A stretch of DNA of 64,000 nt from Candidatus Dojkabacteria bacterium (GCA_016932045.1 JAFGDO010000032.1:127612-191611); one strand, 5' to 3'. Positions 48,584 through 58,764 are shown, counted from the stretch's first letter. A program made the numbers and translations. Notes: generated by a model from the sequence alone, not told the origin.

Positions 48584-49075
48584 ATGGGTAAGTTAGATAA
48601 AAAGCAGCTTCTATGGGGTGCAGTAGCAGGAGCGATAACTGTCCTTCTTATGTTGGTAACTTATGTGGTCGGTATTGAAAAAGGGAAAGAAACCTCGGTT
48701 TTAAGCGAATCTCAGAATCAAGGGAATTACATAGATGACAAGGAAGTGTATATTGCAGTGAGATCAGACTGTACTGATTATGACCTAAGAACAGAGGAAG
48801 ATCATATGAGAAAATACTGTTTAAACTATATCGATGGTGAGACAGCTTTTAGTACTTTGGCAAGGCTTGATCAAGATTCAGAGGAATTCTCCTTTGATTA
48901 TGATGAAAGTGATTTCGGGGTTTTTATAACATCTATAAATAATTACCATCCTGATGTGAAAAGTAAGTTCTGGGCCTTTTTGGTTAACGGAGAAATGAGT
49001 ATGGTGGGTGTTAGTGATCATCTTGTTCAAGATGGTGACGAACTGGGGTTTAGAGTTGAGGAAGTGGTGTTTTAA
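48584..49075 (+). CDS. Membrane-anchored DUF4430 (transcobalamin C-terminal-like) protein
   Basis: N-terminal TM; TAFSTL, FGVFITSIN, FWAFLVNGEMSMVGVSD, GDELGF. Confidence 0.85.
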   Translation: MGKLDKKQLLWGAVAGAITVLLMLVTYVVGIEKGKETSVLSESQNQGNYIDDKEVYIAVRSDCTDYDLRTEEDHMRKYCLNYIDGETAFSTLARLDQDSEEFSFDYDESDFGVFITSINNYHPDVKSKFWAFLVNGEMSMVGVSDHLVQDGDELGFRVEEVVF

Positions 49076-49135
49076 AAAGTAATATGAAGTTAATGATCTT
49101 ACATTCTTAATAATTAAAATTATAAACTGTCAATC

Positions 49136-49702
49136 ATGAAGGTCAAAGATGTTTTGCTTATCTTTATATACGTCCTACTTGGAGTCTTAACCAGAACTAT
49201 TTGGCACATTGCCCCTAATGTCGAGTTTGTAACTGCATTGTCTATAGCCAGCGCATTTTTCTTGAGGAAAAAGTACTCGTTCTTTGTACCAATTATAATT
49301 ATGGTTGTTAGTGATTTGATTATTGGCAATACTCCGATATTTCTTTTTACATGGTCAGCTTTTGCATTAGCCCATATATTGGGGAAGTCTCTGCATTTGA
49401 ATGTTGCAGATAGGCTGCTTGGAAAGATTGCTAGAGAAGTGAAGATATTGGTTGTGTCCGAATGCGGAGGAATAATTTTTTCACTATTTTTCTACCTCTG
49501 GACAAATTTTGGTGTAGTTGTTGTTTCAAATATGTATCCTAAAAATATAGAGGGTTTGTTTCTGAGCTACAAGATGGGCCTTCCCTTTTTATGGCCCCAG
49601 CTTATTGGCAATATGATCATTGTACCAGCAGTTTTTTTACTTACCGACATCGCATACAAGAGGAAGTTCAATATATTAAAAGGTGTAAGGGAGAAGGTGT
49701 GA
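49136..49702 (+). CDS. DUF6580-like ECF S-component (BtuM-like) putative cobalamin transporter
   Basis: About 6 TM helices; R...H..PN.EFVTA, SDLIIG, FYLWTNFGV, YP, Y.MGLPF. Confidence 0.8.
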   Translation: MKVKDVLLIFIYVLLGVLTRTIWHIAPNVEFVTALSIASAFFLRKKYSFFVPIIIMVVSDLIIGNTPIFLFTWSAFALAHILGKSLHLNVADRLLGKIAREVKILVVSECGGIIFSLFFYLWTNFGVVVVSNMYPKNIEGLFLSYKMGLPFLWPQLIGNMIIVPAVFLLTDIAYKRKFNILKGVREKV

Positions 49703-49781
49703 GGTAAAGAGTTCAGTGGTTGTTTATCTTTGCTTCGGTTGTTGTTATAATATATTTTGAATAAGTTTTTTTGAAATTTTT

Positions 49782-51125
49782 GTGAAGAGGACTATTACAT
49801 TCCTACTGATCTATCTTTTTACTCTCTCTTTCTTTCCCATCAGTGTTTTTGCACAGGAAACTCAGACAACTACACTTTTTCCTTCCCAAGATGCCACTAT
49901 TGTCCAGGGAAACTCAAGTAACTATGGAAGTCTATCCACATTGACTTGTGCAAATGATGGGGTAGAATTCAAGTCTTTTTCGGTTAAGTTTGACTTAGGA
50001 GTATTGCCTTCAAATGCACAAATTGAAAATGTTACTTTGAATTTAGTGCAGAATAATTCGGGAGGCGATACGGTTGTTGTTAATGTGTATAGAATTACAT
50101 CAAGCTGGGGTGAGACATCTGTGACTGGAACAAATAAGCCTACCATCGATACCGGAGTAAGCTATGGTGCATTATCTGTTGATACAAATAATGGGCAAAA
50201 AACATTTCCTCAGGATTTTTCAGGACTTATTAAGTCTTGGCTGGCAAATCCAAGTACGAATTTTGGGCTACATTTCGAAGCTACGACTTCAGCAAACTAC
50301 AGTCACGAATTCGGGAGTAGAGAAAGTGGAAGTAAGCCTTCGCTAGTTATTACTTATAGTATTCCTGATGAAGATTCTCCTGTCATATCTGATATTCAAG
50401 TGACAGAAATTTCCTCTGACGAAGTAACGATCAAATGGGTTACCAGCGAAGAGTCAACAAGTTATGTTGAATACGGGGAAGGTACAGATTATGGGAAGTT
50501 ATCAGGAAGTGATGACTTTGTTTCAAGTCATATAGTAAAGATCGGATTGCTTAAATCAGATGCTACATACCATTTTAAGGTTATCAGCGAAGATGCTGTC
50601 GGGAACAGGATTGAGTCTGAGGATCGGACATTTAAAACCTCTAAAGATGGGGAGGAGGAAGGGCCAGAAAAAAGCGATGAGCATGTTTCTTCTGATATCG
50701 CTCCGCCTCAACACCTTAAGTTAGCTATAGTCACTGAAGATGGCAAGTATTCTGTAGAATTAAAATGGGATCATACTATTACAGAAGACTTTGATGGATA
50801 TAGAATTTACAGAAGTGGAGAAGATGCTATCTCATACGTGTTATTGACAGAAGTAGGGCCTGATAAAACATATTACAAGGATCAGGAGGTTGAGAAGGGA
50901 AAAACTTATTTTTATATACTGAGGACTGTGAGGGGAGAAGAGGAATCGGCGGACTCAAATGAAGAAGTTGTTACTATTTACTCAAGTATACTTGGAGAAA
51001 GTTTGAACGGCCTAAGCTTTTGGAAAGGCTTTATCATTTGCAATATCTTTATTTTGCCTCTATTTGGCCTTGGATATTATTATTACAAGAAGAAAGGGAA
51101 GAGGCTAGGCAAGAAGAAAAAATGA
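49782..51125 (+). CDS. Surface protein with DNRLRE-like and fibronectin type III-like domains and a C-terminal TM anchor
   Basis: Signal peptide, QDATI...NYG, KFDL, SWGE, SRESGSKPSLVITY; IKWVT/VEYG/YHFKV FN3; GYRIYRS; TM plus Lys tail. Confidence 0.8.
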   Translation: MKRTITFLLIYLFTLSFFPISVFAQETQTTTLFPSQDATIVQGNSSNYGSLSTLTCANDGVEFKSFSVKFDLGVLPSNAQIENVTLNLVQNNSGGDTVVVNVYRITSSWGETSVTGTNKPTIDTGVSYGALSVDTNNGQKTFPQDFSGLIKSWLANPSTNFGLHFEATTSANYSHEFGSRESGSKPSLVITYSIPDEDSPVISDIQVTEISSDEVTIKWVTSEESTSYVEYGEGTDYGKLSGSDDFVSSHIVKIGLLKSDATYHFKVISEDAVGNRIESEDRTFKTSKDGEEEGPEKSDEHVSSDIAPPQHLKLAIVTEDGKYSVELKWDHTITEDFDGYRIYRSGEDAISYVLLTEVGPDKTYYKDQEVEKGKTYFYILRTVRGEEESADSNEEVVTIYSSILGESLNGLSFWKGFIICNIFILPLFGLGYYYYKKKGKRLGKKKK

Positions 51126-51222
51126 GCAGTTTTATACTATAGTACAAACAGCAGGTAGCTTATAGATAATTTCTCGATATTACCAATTATTTCCTACTTT
51201 TTCCCTTTAATCCTATATTTTT

Positions 51223-52038
51223 TTAGCTACTTGCAGAAGAGTAATGTTTAATCATTTTGTTCCAAAAGGTTATTGCGGCAAAAAGGAATACTATTGCTAA
51301 TATACCCCCTATTAGTATTGGCCCGCCCGAGGGCCCGTGCATCATAGTATAAGCAGGAATACTTGAAACAAAAACAACAGGAAAGATGTAGAAAAAGATA
51401 ACTTTTAGGGCACCTTCATAAACATGATGCGGATTTGATTTATAGAAGAATATATGTTCGCCGATACTTGGTATTGAAGGTGTATTTATAAAGAGAAAAG
51501 AGAATGAGGCCGATATTACAAGTATTGAGAAACCTATGATGAATCCGCAGGCTAGAAGAAAAATCCCCGCAAAGACACCGGAAGTATTTAAAGAGAGGTC
51601 CGAATGTGAAATTGCATAGAACATAAGGAAGAATCCAGAAATTGTTGATATAAAGCTCATGATATATGGGTGTCCTAGGCTTGCTTGGAATAGGCTATTA
51701 AGTGGCCTAAGAATGATAGCATCAAGAGCTCCGGTGCGGATTTTTTCGGGAAGTCTACGAAGGTTGAATATACTCAAAGCTCCAAGAAGAACTTCACTTG
51801 TTATCACGTTAATTCCGGCTAAGAATAGCATTTCATGATAACTCCATCCTGCAAGTTCCTTTATGTTGCTGAATATCACGTTAAAGAAGAGTATATGTGC
51901 CCCCTGATATCCAAACTCGACAGCTAGTTCCACAAAGAAGCTAATTCTGTAGCTTACAATTTCCATAAAGCTGTATTTGACCAGCAGAAGGTATATCCGC
52001 AAATATTTTTTAATTGCTTTAATTCCCGAAAGCTTCAT
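51223..52038 (-). CDS. ABC-2 family (DUF990-like) permease
   Basis: YRISF, GWSYHEM, IRTGALDAIILRPLN, HYSSASS. Confidence 0.88.
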   Translation of the reverse strand: MKLSGIKAIKKYLRIYLLLVKYSFMEIVSYRISFFVELAVEFGYQGAHILFFNVIFSNIKELAGWSYHEMLFLAGINVITSEVLLGALSIFNLRRLPEKIRTGALDAIILRPLNSLFQASLGHPYIMSFISTISGFFLMFYAISHSDLSLNTSGVFAGIFLLACGFIIGFSILVISASFSFLFINTPSIPSIGEHIFFYKSNPHHVYEGALKVIFFYIFPVVFVSSIPAYTMMHGPSGGPILIGGILAIVFLFAAITFWNKMIKHYSSASS

Positions 52039-52822
52039 ATTTTTTAATTCCTTTTTTCCACAGAATTAAACCTGAAATAAAAAAAATCAGTAACCACAAA
52101 AGAATTCCTGCTAAATCAGAGAGAATATTCTCCTGTATATTTCTGCTCCCAGAAAAATAACTTATAGGGACATAGTAGAAGTATTTAAAAGGGAGGTTTT
52201 CAAAAATTGTCCGAATATTTGCAGGTAGTAAGTCAAAAGGAAAGCTCAGGCCCCCAAAAACTGAAAATAGGATGTATTTAAAATGCCTGAAAGACCATAC
52301 ATCTGTTACCCAAAATGCTAGCCAGGAAATAAAAAGATCCATGATGAAGTGTAGAAGGAATCCTCCGGAAGCAAAAGCTAAGGCTAGAAGAATATTGTAG
52401 AACTTAAACTCGGAAGAAGGGAGGAGTTTCGAGTAAGTCACGATGATAATTAAATAGATCGGCAGGATAAGTACAAGGGTATGAATTTTTCTTGCTATCA
52501 TTTCTGCAAGACTATCCAGCCATAGGTTGTAAGGTTTCAAGAGATATTTTGATAATTCACCCGATCTTATCTCTTGAGATCTTTTACTTGAAATATCTAC
52601 CTGAGTTATAAATCCTATGAGAGGAACAATTAGATAATAGAGCAGAGTAGCTCCAAAGGTAAATCCTCTTATCTCATTTTCTGAGCGGAATATTGCAATC
52701 CAAAGTATGAGAACTTCTCCAATTGAAATAAGCTCGAGAATAATTATACCAACTAGATTTGCTCTATACTCGAGCATTGTACCAAGATAGTTTTTGAAAA
52801 GCTGAAGGTACTTTTTCATCAC
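52019..52822 (-). CDS. ABC-2 family (DUF990-like) permease
   Basis: EYRAN, IRSGELSKYLLKP, FPFDLLP, LPFKYFYYVP, KYEAFGN. Confidence 0.88.
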   Translation of the reverse strand: MMKKYLQLFKNYLGTMLEYRANLVGIIILELISIGEVLILWIAIFRSENEIRGFTFGATLLYYLIVPLIGFITQVDISSKRSQEIRSGELSKYLLKPYNLWLDSLAEMIARKIHTLVLILPIYLIIIVTYSKLLPSSEFKFYNILLALAFASGGFLLHFIMDLFISWLAFWVTDVWSFRHFKYILFSVFGGLSFPFDLLPANIRTIFENLPFKYFYYVPISYFSGSRNIQENILSDLAGILLWLLIFFISGLILWKKGIKKYEAFGN

Positions 52823-52884
52823 AGAACAATTATATAGGAATTCAGCACTTTTTATAACAGAATGTAATAGTGCAAAAGGAGTTA

Positions 52885-53301
52885 TTATTTCGCGGACTGA
52901 AGTGCGGTATCGGCAGTTATTGCGAGTGACAATTTTGCACCCGGAGGTTGCGAAACTGATGCTACAAGTTCATCACCGGGTTGACCATCGACATTCCAAC
53001 ATTTTTGAGACCCACAGTCACCACTTGAAAACTCTTGTCCACTTGTCTGATCTCTTAATGTGTCCTCATTAACCACCTTAAATTCTCTCCACCCCGAAGC
53101 AGGATCCCACCAAAAGAAGCTATCTCCCGGATATGCTCTGAGATAGGATGGCTTGCCAGGTTCAATAGTTGGAGGCAAAGGGGTTTCCCTTGCAAAAACA
53201 CCTGGACTACAACCTGTGGCTATCATAGCTAATGCCAAAAGAAATGCATATTTCATTCTTTGAGCTCTTGTTGAAGTTGTTCTGGGCTCTCTATTTTCCA
53301 T
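52885..53301 (-). CDS. Hypothetical lipoprotein
   Basis: Hydrophobic signal ending in lipobox-like ATGC; Pro-rich linker. Confidence 0.65.
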   Translation of the reverse strand: MENREPRTTSTRAQRMKYAFLLALAMIATGCSPGVFARETPLPPTIEPGKPSYLRAYPGDSFFWWDPASGWREFKVVNEDTLRDQTSGQEFSSGDCGSQKCWNVDGQPGDELVASVSQPPGAKLSLAITADTALQSAK

Positions 53302-53454
53302 TGAGTTGTAATTATTGTTTATAACCTATGTGATTATACCATAACCCATAGTCACTTTTCCAAAAGCCTAAACACCTGACAGGTATTGCCAGGAATGTAG
53401 CCAAGCAGAATAGGTGTGGCTTATAGTATTATTTGGCCTTGGTATATAACTATC

Positions 53455-55029
53455 ATGTTAAAAAAGATGGAAGGTATATCTGAAACCTGTCAAAGACAAA
53501 CATATGATAGAAGAACTATGGTTCAAATGGTTTTTCTATTAGCTACTAGTGCAGTTATTTCTAGCTGTATTCCTGACGGATTATTACCGTCTGAAACACC
53601 TTCGGAAACTCAAGAACCCTTAGTGCCGCCGGAAAGCAAGAAAATTATTAGAGACGTATTTACAGACCTTACAGCTGTAGGAGATCATTGGTATGATACC
53701 ATTATTCCAATTGTTTCTGATAGTCAAAGACAAGGAAGTTTTCAATCAAGAAATGGAGTTGAGATAAGTTATGAAGTTCAGGATATTGAAGTAGAGGATG
53801 TCGGTGGTGAGATCCAAGAGATGAAGGTTTCATTCGATGGTAGTAAGTTCTGTGTCTCGGTTAAGGCAGATTTTGATCCACCGGAAGGTACGGACGTAAG
53901 CAGAGAAGATAGTTTCGAGAAGAGGATTATAACCGAGAGTTTTGCTATACACGAGTCTATACATCTCCTTACTATACTTGAATCCGTGTCTAGGATTGCT
54001 GCAACGATTGATGCTCAAAGAGAAGGCTTGGATTTTGGCGAGGTATGTACTCAGATTGGTCAGATGATACAAGAGGCCGGCGATGTGTATCGTGTTGAAA
54101 GGGAATTTTTGCCAACATTATTTATGTCGCTGTTCACAAAATACGCTCTCGAACAAAAAGGCATGCATGTTGAGTTACTGAAAGTCGGACTGAAAAGTAC
54201 CGAAGACGGAAAAAGTTTAGAAGGTACTTTTGCTGTTCCTGTTTATATTGCAGAAGATCAGGAGCTCACATGGGGATTAGCCGGTACTGCAGAAACTGTT
54301 TCAATATTTTCCTGGTATCCGGGCACGAGTGATGGATTAGACCTAACAGGTCAAACCTGGGAAGAGATTTTAAATGCTTTAGCAGCTAGAGTAGATGCAA
54401 AAGAAGGAGTACCAGTCTTATTCGGGAGCTTTCAATCAATGTTGCCTGTTTATAGCAGAGCAAACTTTCCTAAAGCTAGCCTCTATCCCGAGCTGGAAAG
54501 TCTGTGGGAGTTTCAAAAAAGAATTGGCGAGGCAAAAATTCTCAGGATGATCGAAGAAGATTGTCGTAATTTGGGACAAATTATTTTTGCAGAAGGGAAT
54601 ATTTTTAATGTTACAGATGGGGTATCAAAGGTTGATGAAGACGGGCAAGTAAGGCCCGATGACGATCAGAGAACCTTTACTTTATATACTCGAGGTGGAA
54701 GCATTTATTTTATTGCTCACGATTATAGAGAGGCTGGACAGTTTATTAAAAAGCTTACTGAGGGAAATACATTTGCCTGGGCTCTTCGGGGGCAAACCTA
54801 TTCGTACGTTGTATGTGGAGATAGGGATCTTGAGGTTGGTGAGGATATGCATACTTTTGATCAGCTTGCCGAACAAGTAAAGATTAATTTTGGAGAAGAC
54901 TGCTTAAAAGTTATCTTTATAACATGTAACGGCCTGCCTTATCGCCAGAGGTTTACTGATGGCAAAGAGGGAGATTTGCCTGAAAGTTATCATGTAGTAA
55001 CTGCAAAGTTTGACCTTAAAGTAACCTAG
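53455..55029 (+). CDS. Hypothetical lipoprotein with C-terminal sortase-like domain
   Basis: RR..-hydrophobic-ISSC lipobox; C-terminal FIAHD...KLTEGN...YSYVV...VIFITC...HVVTAK. Start uncertain (53416-53518). Confidence 0.65.
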   Translation: MLKKMEGISETCQRQTYDRRTMVQMVFLLATSAVISSCIPDGLLPSETPSETQEPLVPPESKKIIRDVFTDLTAVGDHWYDTIIPIVSDSQRQGSFQSRNGVEISYEVQDIEVEDVGGEIQEMKVSFDGSKFCVSVKADFDPPEGTDVSREDSFEKRIITESFAIHESIHLLTILESVSRIAATIDAQREGLDFGEVCTQIGQMIQEAGDVYRVEREFLPTLFMSLFTKYALEQKGMHVELLKVGLKSTEDGKSLEGTFAVPVYIAEDQELTWGLAGTAETVSIFSWYPGTSDGLDLTGQTWEEILNALAARVDAKEGVPVLFGSFQSMLPVYSRANFPKASLYPELESLWEFQKRIGEAKILRMIEEDCRNLGQIIFAEGNIFNVTDGVSKVDEDGQVRPDDDQRTFTLYTRGGSIYFIAHDYREAGQFIKKLTEGNTFAWALRGQTYSYVVCGDRDLEVGEDMHTFDQLAEQVKINFGEDCLKVIFITCNGLPYRQRFTDGKEGDLPESYHVVTAKFDLKVT

Positions 55030-55051
55030 GCGGAGGAGTTCGCGAGAAGGT

Positions 55052-56302
55052 CTAAAGTTTAAGTATCAAAAAGAAATTAATACAAATCTGTACTATCAGA
55101 GATATAGCAATAATCCCACTTATCACATATCTTAATACCTTATTCTTGATACCAAAAAATTCCTCAAAGGATTTCCCGATTAATAAAAACATAAATGGAT
55201 AGGCAGGGAAGACGTACCAGCTAATTTTGGTTTGAATAATAGTTATTAAGATTAAGGTAATGAACGGAGCAATTAGGCAGGAGAATAAAGAGTAGTTGAT
55301 AGTTACTAGTGAAGCAGAGTACTTTTTTACTAAATATGCAAGCGAAACAAGTAATAATTCTCCTGAAAAAAAGAAATCCTTTCTGAATAAAAGAGTTATA
55401 TAGAAGTACCAAGGCTCAGTATGTCCCTCAAGTGAGGATATTCCTCTTTTGATAACATGATATCCTATATAGCTGTTCCAGAATTCCTCTCCAAATCGTA
55501 TATGCATATAGATGTGCCATGGCAGTGTGATAATTAACAGTGTAAAAATAATAATTAAAAATGAAATCAGTAGCTGTTTTATTTTTGCCCTTTTGTAATT
55601 CAACAATTGGTAAAGGGAAAAAGTAATTAATGGAATGAGTGCAAATGGGCCTTTTGTTAAAAGCCCAAGGCCTGTTAGAATTCCTGCTAAAGCTAGCAAA
55701 GAGTATTTTTTCTCCCTTGTGAAACGCATTGATTGCCAAAAAGACCAAAAGCTGAGCATGATCAAAAGTAATTGCAGGGCATCCATGTCTGCTGTTCTGA
55801 AAGAATGTGTCGAAAAGATTTTGCTGCTTTCAAGAAATAGGTGCCTTGTGGCTAGGGTAGAGAAAGCTGCAACTAGACCAGCTTTATATGAAAACATCTT
55901 CCATCCAAGATAAAAAACAAGTGCAACGATTCCTAATCCAGACAAGGCACTAATTATTCTTACAGAAAAATTATTTATCCCGAATACCTTGGTGGAAATT
56001 AGTGCTAGATAGAACCAGAGGAGCGGCTTTTCAAAGAATTTATCAGAAGTCTGTTTAGTATAAGTACAGGTCGGGCTTGATGCTTGGTCTTCCGATAGAT
56101 CGGGACATTCTTTTCTGAATGTATACCAGTTATTCTTCTTTAATATTAAATGATCTCTCGACTCGACAGTGTCATAAATTACTCCGAAGTAGATATATTC
56201 ATCCCACGTCTCGAGTTCCGGCTTGGAGAGTTTATAAAAGCAGAAAAAGATTGCAAGAGCGAGAAGTATTGTTGTGAGAACTACTTTTGCTGTCTTCTTC
56301 AA
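55052..56302 (-). CDS. ArnT/PMT-like (GT-C fold) membrane glycosyltransferase
   Basis: WDE, FEKPLLWF, FGINNFSVR, DMD, LTKGP, LPWH, H.EPWYFY, K.SWYVFPAYP. Confidence 0.88.
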   Translation of the reverse strand: MKKTAKVVLTTILLALAIFFCFYKLSKPELETWDEYIYFGVIYDTVESRDHLILKKNNWYTFRKECPDLSEDQASSPTCTYTKQTSDKFFEKPLLWFYLALISTKVFGINNFSVRIISALSGLGIVALVFYLGWKMFSYKAGLVAAFSTLATRHLFLESSKIFSTHSFRTADMDALQLLLIMLSFWSFWQSMRFTREKKYSLLALAGILTGLGLLTKGPFALIPLITFSLYQLLNYKRAKIKQLLISFLIIIFTLLIITLPWHIYMHIRFGEEFWNSYIGYHVIKRGISSLEGHTEPWYFYITLLFRKDFFFSGELLLVSLAYLVKKYSASLVTINYSLFSCLIAPFITLILITIIQTKISWYVFPAYPFMFLLIGKSFEEFFGIKNKVLRYVISGIIAISLIVQICINFFLILKL

Positions 56303-56403
56303 GGTTGGTGATTATTTAGATTTAGGTAGTCTCTTTGATTCTAATGGCAAAATGAAAAGATGTCATCTTAGGACAATTAAACTTGAGTATCCGGATTTGA
56401 GTC

Positions 56404-58764
56404 TTAATAGACTACTACTGCGTTTCTTACAGATCCGCCTCCTAATGCGTACCGTCCCCAGAGACTATTAAAGGTCCCTACAGTATGGGTTCGTCGTCCT
56501 CTCCATGGATCATTAGTAATGATGTGTGTGGGGCTGCTTGAGGGACCAATAAAACCTACTGCTACTTCTGAATGCATTCCATTTACGCCCCTTACGTATC
56601 CTGATGGAGAATTCCAGTTTTTAGGAGGCCAGCTGGGGTTTGCCCATCCATTCTGCCACCAGATTATCACGGGATTACCTTGTTCTATTTCTTGAGCAAG
56701 TGCAACAACATTCCAGTTGTTTCTTATTCCAGCGCTTCTTCCTCGGCCGTTTATATAACCTGCAATTGGACTCCAGTATACCCCATAACCTCCGCACTCA
56801 CCTCCGCCATTTATATCTCCGACAAAACCTGAATTTGGATTTCCCCAGTAGGTAATGGTGTCTCCATCTTTCTGACATGGAGTATTATCTTTTGCTATCC
56901 CATTGTAAACACCCATTTCACTGCTTGCTGCTCCCTTGTAAGACAGAGCCATAGCTGCTGCAGTAACATTGCAGGTAAAGGCATGTGTTTGTCTATATTG
57001 CGGGACATCGAGGATAAAAACATTGTGTTCGGTAGTGAAAGATGAGGAAAAGTTCTGATTTGAATCAAGTCCGTAAACTGTTTTTACTCCTGCGGCAACT
57101 GTGACTGTATACTTTGTACTATAAGCAAGACTAGATGAAGGCTTAAAAATCATAGTATAACCACTCCAAGAAAAGCTTCCGGCAACAGAGGGAGAGATTG
57201 AGAATTTGCCTTGAGCTGAGGAATGGTCTACCTCTTGGTCAAAAACGACGTTTATTGAAGTACCTACTCTTATATTGCCTGCTCCATATCCGGGATTCCA
57301 GCCCACAACTCTCACTTTTCCGATTGTATCAAAAGAAAAGGTAATATCTTGTTCGGATATTCCTCCTGCTTGACTCTTTATCCCTTGGGTAAAGATGACT
57401 TCAAAGTGAGTTTCTTTGGGTAGAGGTTGTTTGGGTGTGAATATAAATGTTCTATCATCTTCCCATGTTTTGTCGCCTTCTGTTTCCGGAGTAATGAAAA
57501 AGGCGCTTTCTACAGTATCCTTTTGCATAGGATTGTCGAATACAACCTTTATTGCAACATTTGGCATCACATTGCCATCAGTCGGCTCCATGGACTCAAT
57601 GAGAGGAGCGCTGACAGTTGTGAATGCCAAGGTTTTTACGAGTACTTTGTCGCCACGTTTTGAAACTTCTCCGGTTTCAATATTTGATGAAAGAGGAATC
57701 TGGGATATTTCAAGGGTATAGGCCTCTCCTTGTCTTAAGGTGTTCAGATAAGAAAGTTTCACGATTTCGCTTCCGTCCCTGACTACTTCATAATTGACCT
57801 CTTTGTCGAATTTGAATTCCCAGTCTACATAGGCACCGTCTTTTTGATTTAGGTTTATAAGGAGGTCTTGGTCTATAGGCACATCGACAGAATTTTCTCC
57901 CGGAGTAATTGCCTGAATCTGGGGGAGAGAAATTGATTTAAATTGGATAAGGTGTTCACCTCCCTTCATTGTGTGATAATGATTAGTAAGGTCGGTAAGA
58001 TATATCATAATTGTTTGATCCGGGAAGATTGTTTCTTTTGGATAGAATTTTATTCTCCTGGTATAGGGCAGGAAGGAGAAATTCTTTTCAAATACCCAAC
58101 TGCCTTCTGTCTCTGGCGCCATGTTAATTATCAAGCTTTTTTCGTCTATCGGTACATCGAACTCTATTTCAATCGGGCGTGAATAATCGTTCCAAATCTC
58201 TTCCTCGCGAGGAAATACAGCATAATATTGAGGGTATGAAGTAAATTGCTTTTTTAGGTGAATAAAGAGGAAGGATAGAATGCAGAGGTTTAAAAAAATA
58301 ATTTTAGCTATCCACAATGCAAAAAACGGGATTTTTATCTCAAACTTTACTAATTTCAGCCTTATTTTTGTCCTCCTTTTTCTATCAAAGTTTCCTAGAC
58401 TAAACGGAATGATTGCAAATTTGACTATTCTAGCTAATATATCTTTCAGCTTTGAAAGTAGATTCTTTATTTTTGTCAATTTTTTGATATCGGGGCTTAT
58501 TTCCTTTGCCTTTTTTTCAACGCTTTCGTCTAGGGAAGAAACTCCTAAATCTTTACCATGTCCTTTTTTCTTTGATTTTAGAATGAACGAGTATACTATT
58601 TTTGAAACAGCTGAGACGTCGATCAGGAGCAAAAAGGGCAAAAGAATAAGAGCAGCAATTATTACATGTTCAAACTCCGGCGATTTTATATAGCCCCAAA
58701 GAGCACTTGCGGCTGCAGTTAATGTTACAACGGCATATTTTAAGTACTTTACTATCTGTTCCAT
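56404..58764 (-). CDS. Membrane protein with tandem Ig-like (Big_5/SbsA-like) domains and a C-terminal C39-like peptidase
   Basis: N-terminal TMs; repeated P...I.V.FD..M/VD units; QTHAFTC (Cys), GMHSEV (His), NDPW (Asp). Confidence 0.85.
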   Translation of the reverse strand: MEQIVKYLKYAVVTLTAAASALWGYIKSPEFEHVIIAALILLPFLLLIDVSAVSKIVYSFILKSKKKGHGKDLGVSSLDESVEKKAKEISPDIKKLTKIKNLLSKLKDILARIVKFAIIPFSLGNFDRKRRTKIRLKLVKFEIKIPFFALWIAKIIFLNLCILSFLFIHLKKQFTSYPQYYAVFPREEEIWNDYSRPIEIEFDVPIDEKSLIINMAPETEGSWVFEKNFSFLPYTRRIKFYPKETIFPDQTIMIYLTDLTNHYHTMKGGEHLIQFKSISLPQIQAITPGENSVDVPIDQDLLINLNQKDGAYVDWEFKFDKEVNYEVVRDGSEIVKLSYLNTLRQGEAYTLEISQIPLSSNIETGEVSKRGDKVLVKTLAFTTVSAPLIESMEPTDGNVMPNVAIKVVFDNPMQKDTVESAFFITPETEGDKTWEDDRTFIFTPKQPLPKETHFEVIFTQGIKSQAGGISEQDITFSFDTIGKVRVVGWNPGYGAGNIRVGTSINVVFDQEVDHSSAQGKFSISPSVAGSFSWSGYTMIFKPSSSLAYSTKYTVTVAAGVKTVYGLDSNQNFSSSFTTEHNVFILDVPQYRQTHAFTCNVTAAAMALSYKGAASSEMGVYNGIAKDNTPCQKDGDTITYWGNPNSGFVGDINGGGECGGYGVYWSPIAGYINGRGRSAGIRNNWNVVALAQEIEQGNPVIIWWQNGWANPSWPPKNWNSPSGYVRGVNGMHSEVAVGFIGPSSSPTHIITNDPWRGRRTHTVGTFNSLWGRYALGGGSVRNAVVVY

